In this document: piece after piece, positions 52,245 through 64,000 of the stretch | Layout: each line of letters begins with the position of its first letter | Numbering within the stretch: position 1 is the first letter of the stretch | Assembly: GCF_001194135.2 (NCBI RefSeq) | Contig: NC_068998.1 | Coordinates: 51,442,087 to 51,506,086 of the forward strand | DNA: 64,000 bases | Source: Octopus bimaculoides | Lineage: Eukaryota | Direction: 5' to 3' | Notes under the pieces: model-generated | Seen by the model: the letters and a program-made list of their open reading frames with translations, nothing else | The model's database searches: none | What the model was told of the DNA's origin: nothing | Program-made: the position numbers and the translations under genes

Positions 52245-52470
52245 GAGAATGAGCCTCTACGTGGTTGTTCGATATGGTAGAAATAGCAACCAAGTGTACG
52301 AAATCTACCTCAACTGGCTTCCAAACGTTTTTAGAAAAAGGCGCATTAGAAGTTTAGTCTTGTGTTCTTTGTACATAGGAAAAGATCGGAGTGGTTACGG
52401 CTGGAATTGCATTGATTATGGATCTGCACGTTCGATTAAGATTGACCAGAGGATAATCAATTACAACAAG
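52245..52470. repeat. Dispersed repeat family F copy
   Basis: ctctacgtggttgttcgatatggtagaaatagcaaccaag..ggagtggttacggctggaatt, opposite orientation to 29215-29400. Confidence 0.7.
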
Positions 52471-53384
52471 CAACAGCAGTAACTGCAACACATTTCCCGT
52501 GATCTAAATGTCTGTCTGATTTATTAACATTGATCGAACAGATTTGTGATCGAAGGTCTTCATAGTGTAACCATCCCTTCCTATTTATCTAGAATTATAA
52601 TATTTTCCCCTTTGTTACGTCTATGAATTTGTTTTGAAAGATTCTTGTTGTGAACTCGTGTATTGAAACAAATCTTGTTACATTTCGGGATGGTAATTTT
52701 TTTTTTTGCTTTTTTGCCAAATAGAGACAACCCCCACCCCCACATACATACACACATATGATGTATTCGTGTGTGTATACATGTATATAACTGTAGGTGC
52801 ACTCCGTTTCCAAACAGTGGAGACTAAAACAAGAACAATAATGAATCTGAAGTGAAGAACGAATATATAATACACGCATATGCACACACAGATAGATAGA
52901 TAGATAGATAGATAGATAAACAGACAGACAGACAGACAGATGGATAGATTGGTAGATAGACAGATAGGTAGACTGACAGACTAGACAGACAGATAGATTT
53001 GTCTAGCAGTTTTAATTGACAAATTTCATTTGCTTATTATTTTGGTTTCTGATTTTAAACAACCCCCTATAAAAAGAGACGTTTTGTTTTTGTTTTTACC
53101 TTTGTAATTGGATAATTTCATTTTAACGATGTTTTTCAAACCCGCTATATTACATATCTGAAACTCAATTCTATTTATATCAACGAGTGATCTAAACATC
53201 GGTTTGAAAATCAATAAATACACGCTTGTGAAATAAAATATCACCTTGTGATATTTCGTTCTGCCCAAATTACACAGAACTCTCACCATTATGTCTGTAA
53301 TGAAGCGGTGATTAGCTCGCTGGTAATCTGTAGCCAACGATTCTGATAATTATAAAATATGTTATAAGATGTAAAAGAAAGAAA

Positions 53385-53555
53385 CATACAACAGGCATGG
53401 CTGTGTGGTTAAGTAACTCACTTTGCAACTGCCTAGTTTGGGGTTCAATCCCACTGTGTGACACCTTGGCCAAGTGGCTTCTACTATAGCCCCGAGCCGA
53501 CCAAAGCCGCGAGAGTGAATTTGGTCGACGAAAACCATCTGAAAGACCCTTGCAA

Positions 53556-53595
<40 letters not shown>

Positions 53596-54010
53596 NNNNN
53601 NNNNNNNNNNNNNNNNNNNNNNNNNNNNNNNNNNNNNNNNNNNNNNNNNNNNNNNNNNNNNNNNNNNNNNNNNNNNNNNNNNNNNNNNNNNNNNNNNNNN
53701 NNNNNNNNNNNNNNNNNNNNNNNNNNNNNNNNNNNNNNNNNNNNNNNNNNNNNNNNNNNNNNNNNNNNNNNNNNNNNNNNNNNNNNNNNNNNNNNNNNNN
53801 NNNNNNNNNNNNNNNNNNNNNNNNNAATCTTGTGTTGGCTTGATTATGCATCCTCGTATCTTAGCTATTTACAAAGAAACCCCGATAAAGTAAGTACCAG
53901 ACATTAAAATTACGTACTGCGGGGGTTTATTTTTGTCCCCTAAAACCTTGAGAGCGTTGCTGCAGCTAGGCCGCACTCCAGTGACTGAAAGAAGTAAAAC
54001 AATAAGACAT
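53385..54010 (+). mobile_element. SINE family B spanning a gap
   Basis: Head caggcatggctgtgtggttaag..ggggttcaatcccactg at about 53390; tail gataaagtaagtaccagac..gactgaaagaagtaaaacaataaga at 53880-54010. Confidence 0.75.
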
Positions 54011-54665
54011 AAAATATTATATTTTATATTTTTATTTTTTATTTCTATTTTTCATTTTTGTTTACTTTTTATCCTTCTGGTGAATGTTACAATTTGGTTT
54101 TAGATTATATTAAACCATGTTATAATGCTTGTCAGGAAAGTATTGCTTTCCATAAAATATATTTTCTTTTGGCATGCATTTAATTCTGTCTTGGAAAATT
54201 CTTCTGTCACAGAAATGTAATGCCTTACATCAATGACTTATTGCTATATAAACACAACTTATATATTTCTATTTATAAACTCTATTTGAGACAGCTTGTA
54301 AAAACAAATTGGAAATGTAAAGGTTTCTTTCTATGCCGCAGATCGTAGTTTTTCAGAATTTACAATCATATAAAAACATATATCCACATATATATATTCG
54401 CAAGATTTTCTTGACATTTTTACGTGACATCCATTGCGCTTAACAGCTTTCTTCTTTCACACAATAGCTCACAAACACACACACAAACACACACACAAAC
54501 ACACACACACACACTCTCATGCACTCCTATACGTTAGCTGAAAGCAACGAAAACTAATGTAACAACATTTTCGACATGTGCACTTAGTATATTTACCACG
54601 TCAAATTCAATAATATAAACGGCTGTAAAAATCGACAGAAATTTTACATTTTAGCAGTAACTAGA

Positions 54666-55775
54666 TTGCCAGGCTACAACATGCGAGATGTTGTAACATA
54701 TATTGAAACACAAACCATAACCGTTTTCTCACATCACAGTCTAGGAGTCGTAGGCAGGCCAACAGTTTGTCCAATACTACGACAATCTTATAAAAAATAT
54801 ATAGCCTTCCATCCAAAGGATAGAGAAACACCCCAAACGAGAAAAAGTTGCACATTATTTGCATCAAAATGAAAATTTGCTGATGTAGTGCGCACTACAT
54901 CTAACTGCCAGCTCTATCCTGATGCCGTCATAAGGGCTGCAGTTGAGCAACAATCTTTTTTACGCATGACAGGATACGCTGGCCCTCAAGGGATTGCAAT
55001 CCTTGACTCAAAACCAGTGCGCAATCTGGGCATCGACATGAGTAACGATGCATCTTTCCAGGTATGTATTACTAAATTCGCAATAACATGCAGACGGCTA
55101 GGCGGCTGGATCCTCAGATCTTTCAGAACGAGTAAACAGGAAACCATAATGGTTCTCTGGAGCACATTTGTCCTCAGACGTTTAGAATACTGCTCGTAGC
55201 TATGGTCACCACACAGTGTAAAATCAACCACGGAGCTCAATACAGTTTATGGAAGCTACACAAAGAAGATCGTCTCAATGCGACATGTTAGCTATTGAAA
55301 AAGTTGAGATTCTGCTCCCTAGAACGAAATTGGGGAAGCTAGTCAGTGATAAACATTTGGAAAATCCTAGAACAACCTGTACCAAACTTTGGCATTAAAA
55401 TTTATACAAACATCAGAACGGAACGCCACTACATAGTACCAAGTATCCCAATATCGTCATCAGAATACAAGGTCAGATACTGTAACAGCCGGGGTTTCAA
55501 GGGCCCACAACTCTTCAACATCTTCCTAAAAAGCCTGAGAGACCTACATGAGGTGGGTGCAGGAGTCTTCAAAACAAAGCTGGATCTCCTTCTCTCAAGA
55601 GTTCCGGATGAACCTACTTCGCGGCAAGAAACGCAGATGAAGGCAGCAATATAAAATCCTCTCATTAATCCAATGACACATATTAGAGGAGATTTCAAGT
55701 AGTGAAAGTGTTGCAAAGCTGACGGCTGTGCCCCAGAATGCCTGCAGCTCTCAAGATGAAACTAGTAAAGATATA
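54666..55775 (+). mobile_element. CR1-like LINE remnant (RT C-terminal region plus 3' tail; possible EN fragment upstream)
   Basis: VRNLGIDMSNDASF..RRLGGWILRSFRT..LWSTFVLRRLEYCS*LWSP..INIWKILEQPVPN..KGPQLFNIF..FKTKLDLLLSRVPDEP; stops and frameshifts; tail at 55724-55772. Confidence 0.88.
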
Positions 55776-55801
55776 TATATATATATAGATATATATATAT
55801 T

Positions 55802-55967
55802 ATAGGCGCAGGAGTGGCTGTGTGGTAAGTAGCTCGCTTCCCAACCACATGGTTCCAGGTTCAGTCCCACTGCGTGACACCTTAAGCAAATGTTTTCTAC
55901 TATAGCCTCGGGCCGACCAAAGCCTTGTGAATGAATTTGGTTGGCGGAAACTAAAAGAAGCCCGTCG

Positions 55968-55975
<8 letters not shown>
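55802..55975 (+). mobile_element. SINE family B 5' half, well preserved
   Basis: ataggcgcaggagtggctgtgtggtaag (A-box)..ggttcagtcccactgcgtg (B-box)..ggccgaccaaagccttgtg. Confidence 0.92.
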
Positions 55976-56010
<35 letters not shown>

Positions 56011-56169
56011 AGTAAATGAAAGACGGAAGAGAGAAGATACGAGAATCATTACAATTGTTTCGACACATCTAGCATTAATCCTTCACACACACACACAAAC
56101 CACGCACGCACACATATACACACACAATTTTTTTAATCAAAAATGTAAGTACACGTGGACTGTTGGCGA

Positions 56170-56300
56170 CTTTTATTTCCTCCTTCTTCCTTTTCTTTTG
56201 AACTTTCCTGTGTCCCCTGTTTCCGAAGAAGAACTATGGCTCGAAGCGTAAAACAACCACTCTTTCTTTCCTTCTCTGAGCAGAAAGACCGAATACTCCC
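56170..56300 (+). mobile_element. Penelope-associated short repeat with a decayed minimal hammerhead (56220-56253)
   Basis: ttt-CCGAAGA-a-GAAC-tatg-GCTC-GAAG-CGTA-aaa, same architecture as 23068 and 63096. Confidence 0.55.
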
Positions 56301-57502
56301 TCCTAGAATTCTTTTTCCTCCATGTTATGCGAGTTTAAATCCGACCGACCTCAAATTTACATTTTGTCTCGTAGTTGGATTCAACACTAATAGTTATTTA
56401 AATTATACTGCGGTTGATTAAATCGTCCAGCTCTCACTTCGTCTCTCCATTAAAGTTTGGCTTTTATACTAATTGAAAAGAAACCATTATCATTGGTTGG
56501 CTATGATAAATCCTCATTCAGTACAAGTCCAATAATTTATTGGCCGATTCAATCAAGAATTTGTTCAATTTTGAAATAAATAAACGTTTTATAGAAATTT
56601 CATAATCCCAGCGAGGAAATGCTTTGTTTGATCAATGCTTAAACTAAATACAGCAAATGAACTTATCCGTAAATCTTCTTCAACAACAGTTTCAAGTATT
56701 GGAATTTAATAGAATTGTCATTAGAAACAAATTCCTGCCGGAATATTTTGGTCAATTTTTATGTCTTCCATTCTTGTAGATTTTAAGTATTTAGACAAAC
56801 ACTTGGGACCAGGACTATTTTTATCAAATCTAAGATCAGTGTTTAACTCCAGTAATTTCAATTAGTCAAATAAAAGTGAAACATTAATACTTTTTAGTAT
56901 TTCAAGAACGTTTTCAAAAGAGAAGAAAATTGCCTGGAAGAATTAAAAGTCTGTTGAATCAGAATTAATGAAGAATTTAATTACAGCTGTGATTGCTTCA
57001 GACAGATCAATAGATTATCAATTGACAATCAAACTTACCATAAAGCCCACTAAAATAAAATTATATTTGTTTGTGTATTGTTTTTCTTTTCTTATTGTTT
57101 TGTTGTTTTGTACTTATTGTTTGTTCCCCAGCAGCATGAAGAATTTAAATTATCCAAAGTAATGCGCACATCCTCTTGAAATAGCAAAAAGTAATTTTCA
57201 AATAAATTTCAAAAAAATCGTTGACAGGTTTTCGGATTCTTGTTCATTCGTTCATATATGTGAATGTTTGAGTGTGCGCGCGCGAGCCGCGTGTGTGTTT
57301 CCTTGGCTGTGTTGCGACGAATTTCAGTTCGCAACGACGTAACTTCGAACTCAGGTCTACAGTGCGAACAGCTTGGGATAATGACTCCTACAATAGTCTT
57401 GCGTGACCAACTATATATATATATGTGTTTACACACGCACACACACAAACACACACACACACAAACTCACACACACACACATATACACACACACACATAT
57501 TT

Positions 57503-57534
<32 letters not shown>

Positions 57535-57540
<6 letters not shown>

Positions 57541-57612
57541 CCTGGGGTCGATTTATTTCGACTAAAGGCGGTGCGACAACATGGCCGCAGTGAAATGACT
57601 GAAACAAGTAGT
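57535..57612 (+). mobile_element. SINE family B 3' tail
   Basis: cctggggtcgatttatttcgactaaaggcggtgcgacaacatggccgcagtgaaatgactgaaacaagta. Confidence 0.85.
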
Positions 57613-57840
57613 TTATGTTTGAATGTATGAATGTATGTAAGTATGTATCTATANNNNNNNNNNNNNNNNNNNNNNNNNNNNNNNNNNNNNNNNNNNNNNN
57701 NNNNNNNNNNNNNNNNNNNNNNNNNNNNNNNNNNNNNNNNNNNNNNNNNNNNNNGTTTTGATTCATAGACAGCTTGAAAGAAAACTTTCGTCACGTCACG
57801 TTAGTCAAGTGTTGTTCTTCACATAGTTTGTTTCATAAGA

Positions 57841-57887
<47 letters not shown>

Positions 57888-58051
57888 TGCGTGCGTGCGT
57901 GCGTGCGTGTGACTGTGTAAATATCAGAGTGCGCACGCGTCACGAAGCTCTAGTGTTGATCATGTTTAACACAAGCAATGAGAAGCGCCACAGTTGAAAT
58001 TCATCCGATATGACAGGAGTTTTCATCTTAAATTACCTATTAGTAGCAAGT

Positions 58052-58200
58052 ACAGGCGTGATTGTGTAGTAAGAAGCTTGCTTCGCAACCGTATGGTTCT
58101 GGGTTCAGTTCCACTGCGTGGCACTTCGAGCAAATGTCTTCTGCTATAACCCCTGAGTGGATTTTATAAACAGAAACCTGAAAGAAGCTTGTCGTGTGTG
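58052..58200 (+). mobile_element. SINE family B head
   Basis: caggcgtgattgtgtagtaagaagcttgc..gggttcagttccactgcgtggcac. Confidence 0.85.
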
Positions 58201-58331
58201 TATGCATATGTGTATATATTTGTGTGTGTGTGTGTGTGTCGTGGCACTCTATCGGTCACGACGACGAGGGTTCCAATTGATCAAATAGTAATAACGTCAA
58301 GCGAAGTCAGTTATTTCTCAATAATGTCTAC

Positions 58332-58398
<67 letters not shown>

Positions 58399-58400
<2 letters not shown>

Positions 58401-58652
58401 CTGGGTTGGTGCATAATTATTGCGGTTTTTTTAAACAAATTTTATTCAACAAAAGCAATAACAATATTTAACAAAAACATCTTTAAATGACAGTCTGACC
58501 GTCTGCCAAGCAAATGGGAGGCAGTAATTGAAGTAGATGGTGAATATGCTCCGGAATAATCATTTAAAGATGTTTTTGTTACATGTTGTTATTATTTTTG
58601 TTGAGTAAAATTTGTTGAAAAAAAGCCGCTATAATTATGCACCAACCTAATA
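58399..58652. mobile_element. Mariner-derived MITE or deletion derivative with about 90-bp TIRs and TA flanks
   Basis: TA-ctgggttggtgcataattattgcgg...ccgctataattatgcaccaacctaa-TA; arms complementary to about 58492 and 58560; middle encodes KWEAVIEVDGEYAPE* (mariner C-terminus). Confidence 0.9.
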
Positions 58653-58659
58653 TATACGT

Positions 58660-58785
58660 ACACGAAGGTCTTCTTTCAGTTTCGGTCTACAAAATCCAGA
58701 AACTTACCCAAGGAGCCTCGCAGTTGGACTGAACTCGTCACCATGTGGTTGGGAAGCAAGCTTCTTATCACTCAGCCGCACCAAA
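58660..58785 (-). mobile_element. SINE family B head, internally deleted
   Basis: tctttcagtttcggtctacaaaatcc..ggactgaactc..ccatgtggttgggaagcaagcttcttatcactcagcc. Confidence 0.8.
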
Positions 58786-60240
58786 TCAATACGCTTCTTT
58801 TGCCAATCAATCACGGCAAGGCGTGACCCAGGTGTAGACAACCTCCCAGGATGTAGTGACCTACATACCTTGCTCCTTAGCCAAATAGTAATAACGTCAG
58901 TAAATAAAGCATTAAAATCGGTTTGTATAATCGACAGTAAGCGAAGTCAGTTATTTCTCAATAATGCCTGCAATTCTATAAGGAATATTAAAACTTTTTG
59001 TCGTTATTACTACTCTCCTATTATCTGTGATGTATATTTAATACCCAATCATAGCAAAATGTTTATTGTCAAATAGCAAAGCTGGCAGCCGACAGCTTGT
59101 CAATCCCGATTGTGAAGGTCATTCGGCTTAGAGAAAAAAGTATTTAGATGTGGAAGTATTAGTATATGAATTCTTACTCATCTAATGAACGAAAGCAAAA
59201 ACGATAATATGACAGAAACTAGAAAATAAAAAAGTATACATAAAACTTGGAAAACTGGGATGCTTTACGATGCTGTTTGCGCTTTTCCACTTTCTTCTCT
59301 CTCTATCTCTCTCTTTCATTCTCTTTCTCTTTCTCTCACCTGTTTCTCTTTCTCTCTCCTGATTCTCTTTCCCCCCCCACACACACACACGCACGCTCGC
59401 ACGCACGCACGCACGCACACACACGCACGCACGTGCGCATAAATTTTTGTATTGGTGTAATGATTGTCATAAGTTACAATAATATATACCCACCCAATTG
59501 TATAGAATAAAAACAATATTAAATGAGACAGCCATCGACATATCTTGCTTCTTGTAAAGACATCGGTGAGAGCCAATTTACTGTGGCATTCGTGTGGAGC
59601 GGTAACATTTCTTATGGACATGTTGTGTTAAAAATCACAATATATATATATCGAATGGAGACGAAAATCATTCGAGCAGAGGCAAGTTGCGAGCGCTAGA
59701 TCCTCCAAATGAAATAACTTAAATAAATCCTAAAGAAACCTCATACGCATATACACCCGTTGCATGAGGTCACTAAGTTTATCCGTCAAAAAATAGACCA
59801 GAATTTATCTTCTTTTTCCTTTATTTTTAATTGTTTTTTCCTTTCCTTTCTTAAAATGTCTGAAAATGAAATTACAACTCAGACATACCTGAAAATTATG
59901 AGACAAACAAAATAACGTCTCATTTTTTTCTTGATTGTTGGCTCACGTGACATTGTCATCTGCTCTTTACATTTGGTCTCTTGATACAGCGTATTGTCTG
60001 ATTACTCTATCTACCTCCTCCCCCTCTCTTTCTCTTTCGTTCTGTCTCACTTTCTCTCTCTCTCTCTCTCTCTCTCTGTCGTTCTCTCTCTCTCTCTCAT
60101 TCTCTTGGTAGCAATTTGTCTTTTATTTATCTATTCATATATCTATTTAATTTTGTCTCCGTTCTGTTCCCACTTACTTCATCCAACTGTCTCTCACGAT
60201 TTCTCATTTTTCTTCATATTTTTTACGGTTTCAAAATATT

Positions 60241-60277
<37 letters not shown>

Positions 60278-60679
60278 GACATTTTAGAAAAATTATCCAA
60301 ATACGCAGTTAGTCCAAAATAAACAGAACTTTAAAAACAGCAAATTTATTGCTTTCCTTATATTTTAATCAGACTTATCGCCTTCAAAACAGCCCCGACT
60401 CCCACAGCTGACACACCATTCCTAACGTTGTTTTCTTTTTTACTTTTCTTGTTCTTTTTTTACTTTTGTTTGTTTATTTCACTTTTTTTTTCGGCTTTTT
60501 TTTTTAATATTTCTCTCAGTTTTAAGACACATCTTGGAAAGCACTTCCTGAAAAATTGTACAGTTCTTGCAGCGAATATTCTTCGATGTCTTCTGCCGTC
60601 TGAAACTGACGACCTTTCGGAACAAATTTCAATATTTGGTGAAGTAAACAATAATAATAATTATTATTATTATCATTAC

Positions 60680-60890
60680 TTCAAAATTTATCACAAGAGC
60701 AGCAATTTCGGAGGAGAGCATGAGTCGATTACATCGACCCCATTATTCAACTGGAACTTATTTCATCAACTTTGAAAGGATGAAAGGCAAAGTCGACCTC
60801 GGCGGAATTTGAACTCAGAACGTAGCGGCAGACAAAATACCGCTAAGAATTTTCGCCCAGCTTCTTAACGATTCTGCCAGCTCGCCGCCA
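60680..60890 (-). mobile_element. SINE family A, best-preserved copy
   Basis: Reverse complement ggcggcgagctggcagaatcgttaag..gagttcaaattccgccgaggtcgactttgcctttcatcctttc; A and B boxes clear. Confidence 0.92.
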
Positions 60891-61857
60891 TAATAATAAT
60901 GATAATAATAATAATCATAATAGTAATGATGATGATGATGATGATGATGATGACGATGATGCAGTACCAGGCAGTGGCTCTCATGGCTTCTGATCTTAAC
61001 TGATTAGAAGTGTTATCATGTACATTGTTTTGCTTTGGTATATAAAGACTAATGTTGTAGTAGTAGTAGCAGCAGCAGCAGTAACTGCCATGCACTTTTA
61101 AAATGTGATGGAAATGTACAAAAATAACGCATTTATTATCAGAAAGCTCTTCACCAACTGGGACATTTCTGATGGCAGCTGAATCTGAGAAGATACAGTA
61201 TTAGAGCGAGAGCGAGAGCGAGAGACGAGAACGAGAGATTGACACAGTTAATGTTTAAACGAACACAGATGAACGATATTTATTCTCTGGTTATTGTTAT
61301 GATAAGGAATCACCATTCCGTCAAAGACTATTCGCATGTTTTTTTTTTTTTGTTTTTTTTCATTCTATTAATATTTCTTTGAGTGAAGACATGTCGAATT
61401 ATTTTCAGAATTTTGTTATTTTTACCTAACACACACACACACACACACACACAGATATAATATATAAGTGTATATATATATATAAACGTGGGNNNNNNNN
61501 NNNNNNNNNNNNNNNNNNNNNNNNNNNNNNNNNNNNNNNNNNNNNNNNNNNNNNNNNNNNNNNNNNNNNNNNNNNNNNNNNNNNNNNNNNNNNNNNNNNN
61601 NNNNNNNNNNNNNNNNNNNNNNNNNNNNNNNNNNNNNNNNNNNNNNNNNNNNNNNNNNNNNNNNNNNNNNNNNNNNNNNNNNNNNNNNNNNNNNNNNNNN
61701 NNNNNNNNNNNNNNNNNNNNNNNNNNNNNNNNNNNNNNNNNNNNNNNNNNNNNNNNNNNNNNNNNNNNNNNNNNNNNNNNNNNNNNNNNNNNNNNNNNNN
61801 NNNNNNNNNNNNNNNNNNNNNTTATATGTGTGTGTGTGTGTGTGTGTGTAGTAAAAG

Positions 61858-61910
<53 letters not shown>

Positions 61911-62029
61911 GTGTGTGTACTTAATAGTTAACGTATGTGTACCGCTGAAAAGCTACACGCTGGAATTTTCGTCCGGGGAAAAATCCCTTTCTCATGTATT
62001 TTCGGCTGTATTTGTATCTTTCCCGCGCC

Positions 62030-62235
62030 ACCACATGATAATAAATATTGGTTCATTTACGTCCCTGTAAGCTAGCGGTTCGGCCAGAGACACCGATAGA
62101 ATAATTACCAGAATTGGGTAAAAAACAAAAACAAAAAAATAGAAATACGTGCTGGGATCAATTTCTTCGACTGGACCCTCCAAGGGCGTGCCCCAGCACG
62201 GCCGCCGTCGAATGACTGAAAGAAGCAGATAAATG
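62030..62235 (+). mobile_element. SINE family B 3' half
   Basis: gcggttcggccagagacaccgatagaataattacc..ggcgtgccccagcacggccgccgtcgaatgactgaaaga. Confidence 0.85.
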
Positions 62236-62984
62236 GCAAATGCTGAACGACCGTTTAGGAATTTCGACATTGGTTTCATGTTGCATTTGAATGTGATAGG
62301 AATAACTGCAGAAATATACGCTCGTGTGTCCTATGTGTGCGTGGGTGCGTCTACGTGTGTGTGTGTGTGTGTTTTTTTTATGTTTGTTTATGGGTGTTAC
62401 GTGGGCTAAACAAAATTTCTGACAGACAGGAACTGTGGCTATGAAAAAATAATAAAATAAAAGGTAAAAGAAATAAAATCATAGAAAAAATCAGTCATGT
62501 GGAAAATTTGATTACAAAGTGTCACGCTCGGTGGATTTCAAGGAATTTGAGGTTAAGCAAACTTCCCATTCGTTTTTGAATACTCTGATAAAAATTACAT
62601 AGTTACTAGCATGATATAGACAGACAGACAGACAGATAGATAAATAGATAAAAACACGTGTGCACTTAGCTATATACCTACATGCATATCTGTGCGTGTG
62701 TGCGTGCGTGTGTGTGCATACAAATATACGTACATACTTATGCATTGTGTGTGGAGAGGATATGTATGTACGTAGTGTATCATTATGAGCGCTTTCACAA
62801 TGAATGGAAGCATTACTTAAAGTGTGTGACTGTGTGTGCGTGTGTGTGTATCTGTGTGAAATATATATTTTCCTGAGAGCAACATAAATAAGTGATTGTA
62901 AAAAAAAATGCCATCTCTGCTATTCGTCTCCATCATACGCAGATTCCTTGAATATCGTTTTTCTTTTCTTCTCTCTTTCTTTCT

Positions 62985-63024
<40 letters not shown>

Positions 63025-63059
63025 CCATGATAGATCGCTGACCACTACATTTATATTTT

Positions 63060-63190
63060 TTTCTCCTTCTTTCTCTCATTTCTTTCTGTGTCCCCTTCAG
63101 TTGAAGAGCGTAGGCTCGAATCATCAAAGACTTTCTCTATTCCCAAGCGTTAAACTAATACATTCATTTGTTGTTTACACGACCTATCTT
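63060..63190 (+). mobile_element. Penelope-associated short repeat with a decayed minimal hammerhead (63096-63130)
   Basis: tt-CAGTTGA-a-GAGC-gtag-GCTC-GAA..; downstream ctttctctattcccaagcgttaaactaataca matches the reverse of the 23040-23068 region. Confidence 0.55.
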
Positions 63191-63739
63191 NNNNNNNNNN
63201 NNNNNNNNNNNNNNNNNNNNNNNNNNNNNNNNNNNNNNNNNNNNNNNNNNNNNNNNNNNNNNNNNNNNNNNNNNNNNNNNNNNNNNNNNNNNNNNNNNNN
63301 NNNNNNNNNNNNNNNNNNNNNNNNNNNNNNNNNNNNNNNNNNNNNNNNNNNNNNNNNNNNNNNNNNNNNNNNNNNNNNNNNNNNNNNNNNNNNNNNNNNN
63401 NNNNNNNNNNNNNNNNNNNNNNNNNNNNNNNNNNNNNNNNNNNNNNNNNNNNNNNNNNNNNNNNNNNNNNNNNNNNNNNNNNNNNNNNNNNNNNNNNNNN
63501 NNNNNNNNNNNNNNNNNNNNNNNNNNNNNNNNNNNNNNNNNNNNNNNNNNNNNNNNNNNNNNNNNNNNNNNNNNNNNNNNNNNNNNNNNNNNNNNNNNNN
63601 NNNNNNNNNNNNNNNNNNNNNNNNNTATACTATTTGTTTTTACATGACTGAACGCAGCGTCTCCAATTCGTAAGTAGTTTTTCGTAAACTTATATTTTCC
63701 GACGCTACTCTATCTCTTTCTCCTCCTCTATCATTTTCC

Positions 63740-63860
63740 CCCCTCTCGTTCTTCCTCTTTACTACTACGTACCTCGCTTTACCCCTCTCGTTCTTCCTCT
63801 GTTACTTCTACGTATCTCTTTTTACCCCCTCGTACTTCCTCTCTTTCTCTTTTCCTCTCG
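63740..63860. repeat. About 41-bp pyrimidine-rich minisatellite, 2.5-3 copies
   Basis: ccctctcgttcttcctct(t/g)tac(ta/tt)ctacgta.ctc..ttta repeated. Confidence 0.75.
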
Positions 63861-64000
63861 TTGCTCACCTATTCTACATCCTCCAGTTGTTTCTCCCTCT
63901 ACCACTCTCTCTCTTCCCCTTACACCGGCATGGTCACATGCTTCCGGTCAATAATCCTTTTCTTCCTTGGCTATCGCCGAGCAAACACGCGTAACTACTT

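Noticed and set aside
53026-53337. 103-aa ORF with internal splice-like signals
   Set aside because: No domain similarity, AT-rich composition, weak sites; likely chance.
61100-61190. Minus-strand AIRNVPVGEELSDN resembling a SET-domain motif
   Set aside because: Lacks the following conserved Tyr, has no suitable donor, and the frame runs into a microsatellite.

Overview
This is a 64-kb AT-rich, repeat-saturated eukaryotic window with 17 assembly gaps (about 4.3 kb of N), most of them abutting microsatellites. The SINE families and the very dense (TA)n/(CA)n/(GATA)n/(GGT)n tracts point to a coleoid cephalopod, most likely Octopus (inference from recalled repeat sequences). I found no recognisable host protein-coding gene; nearly all supplied ORFs are microsatellite or gap artefacts. 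What can be supported: at least four tRNA-headed SINE families in many copies; decayed Tc1/mariner elements (two copies of one maT/DD37D-like family, a Tc1/Tc3-like element, two mariner 5' ends and a mariner-derived MITE); and decayed non-LTR elements of five kinds (CR1-like, RTE, Tx1/L1, R4/Dong-like RLE, Penelope GIY-YIG). The most interesting signals are a near-intact Penelope-type hammerhead ribozyme at 8078-8125 with three decayed minimal hammerheads elsewhere, a 3' tail shared by the CR1-like LINE and SINE family B, an RTE derivative that looks bipartite, several inverted SINE pairs, and a CpG-enriched patch with a perfect CLEAR/E-box. All coordinates were read by eye and may be off by a few to tens of bases.
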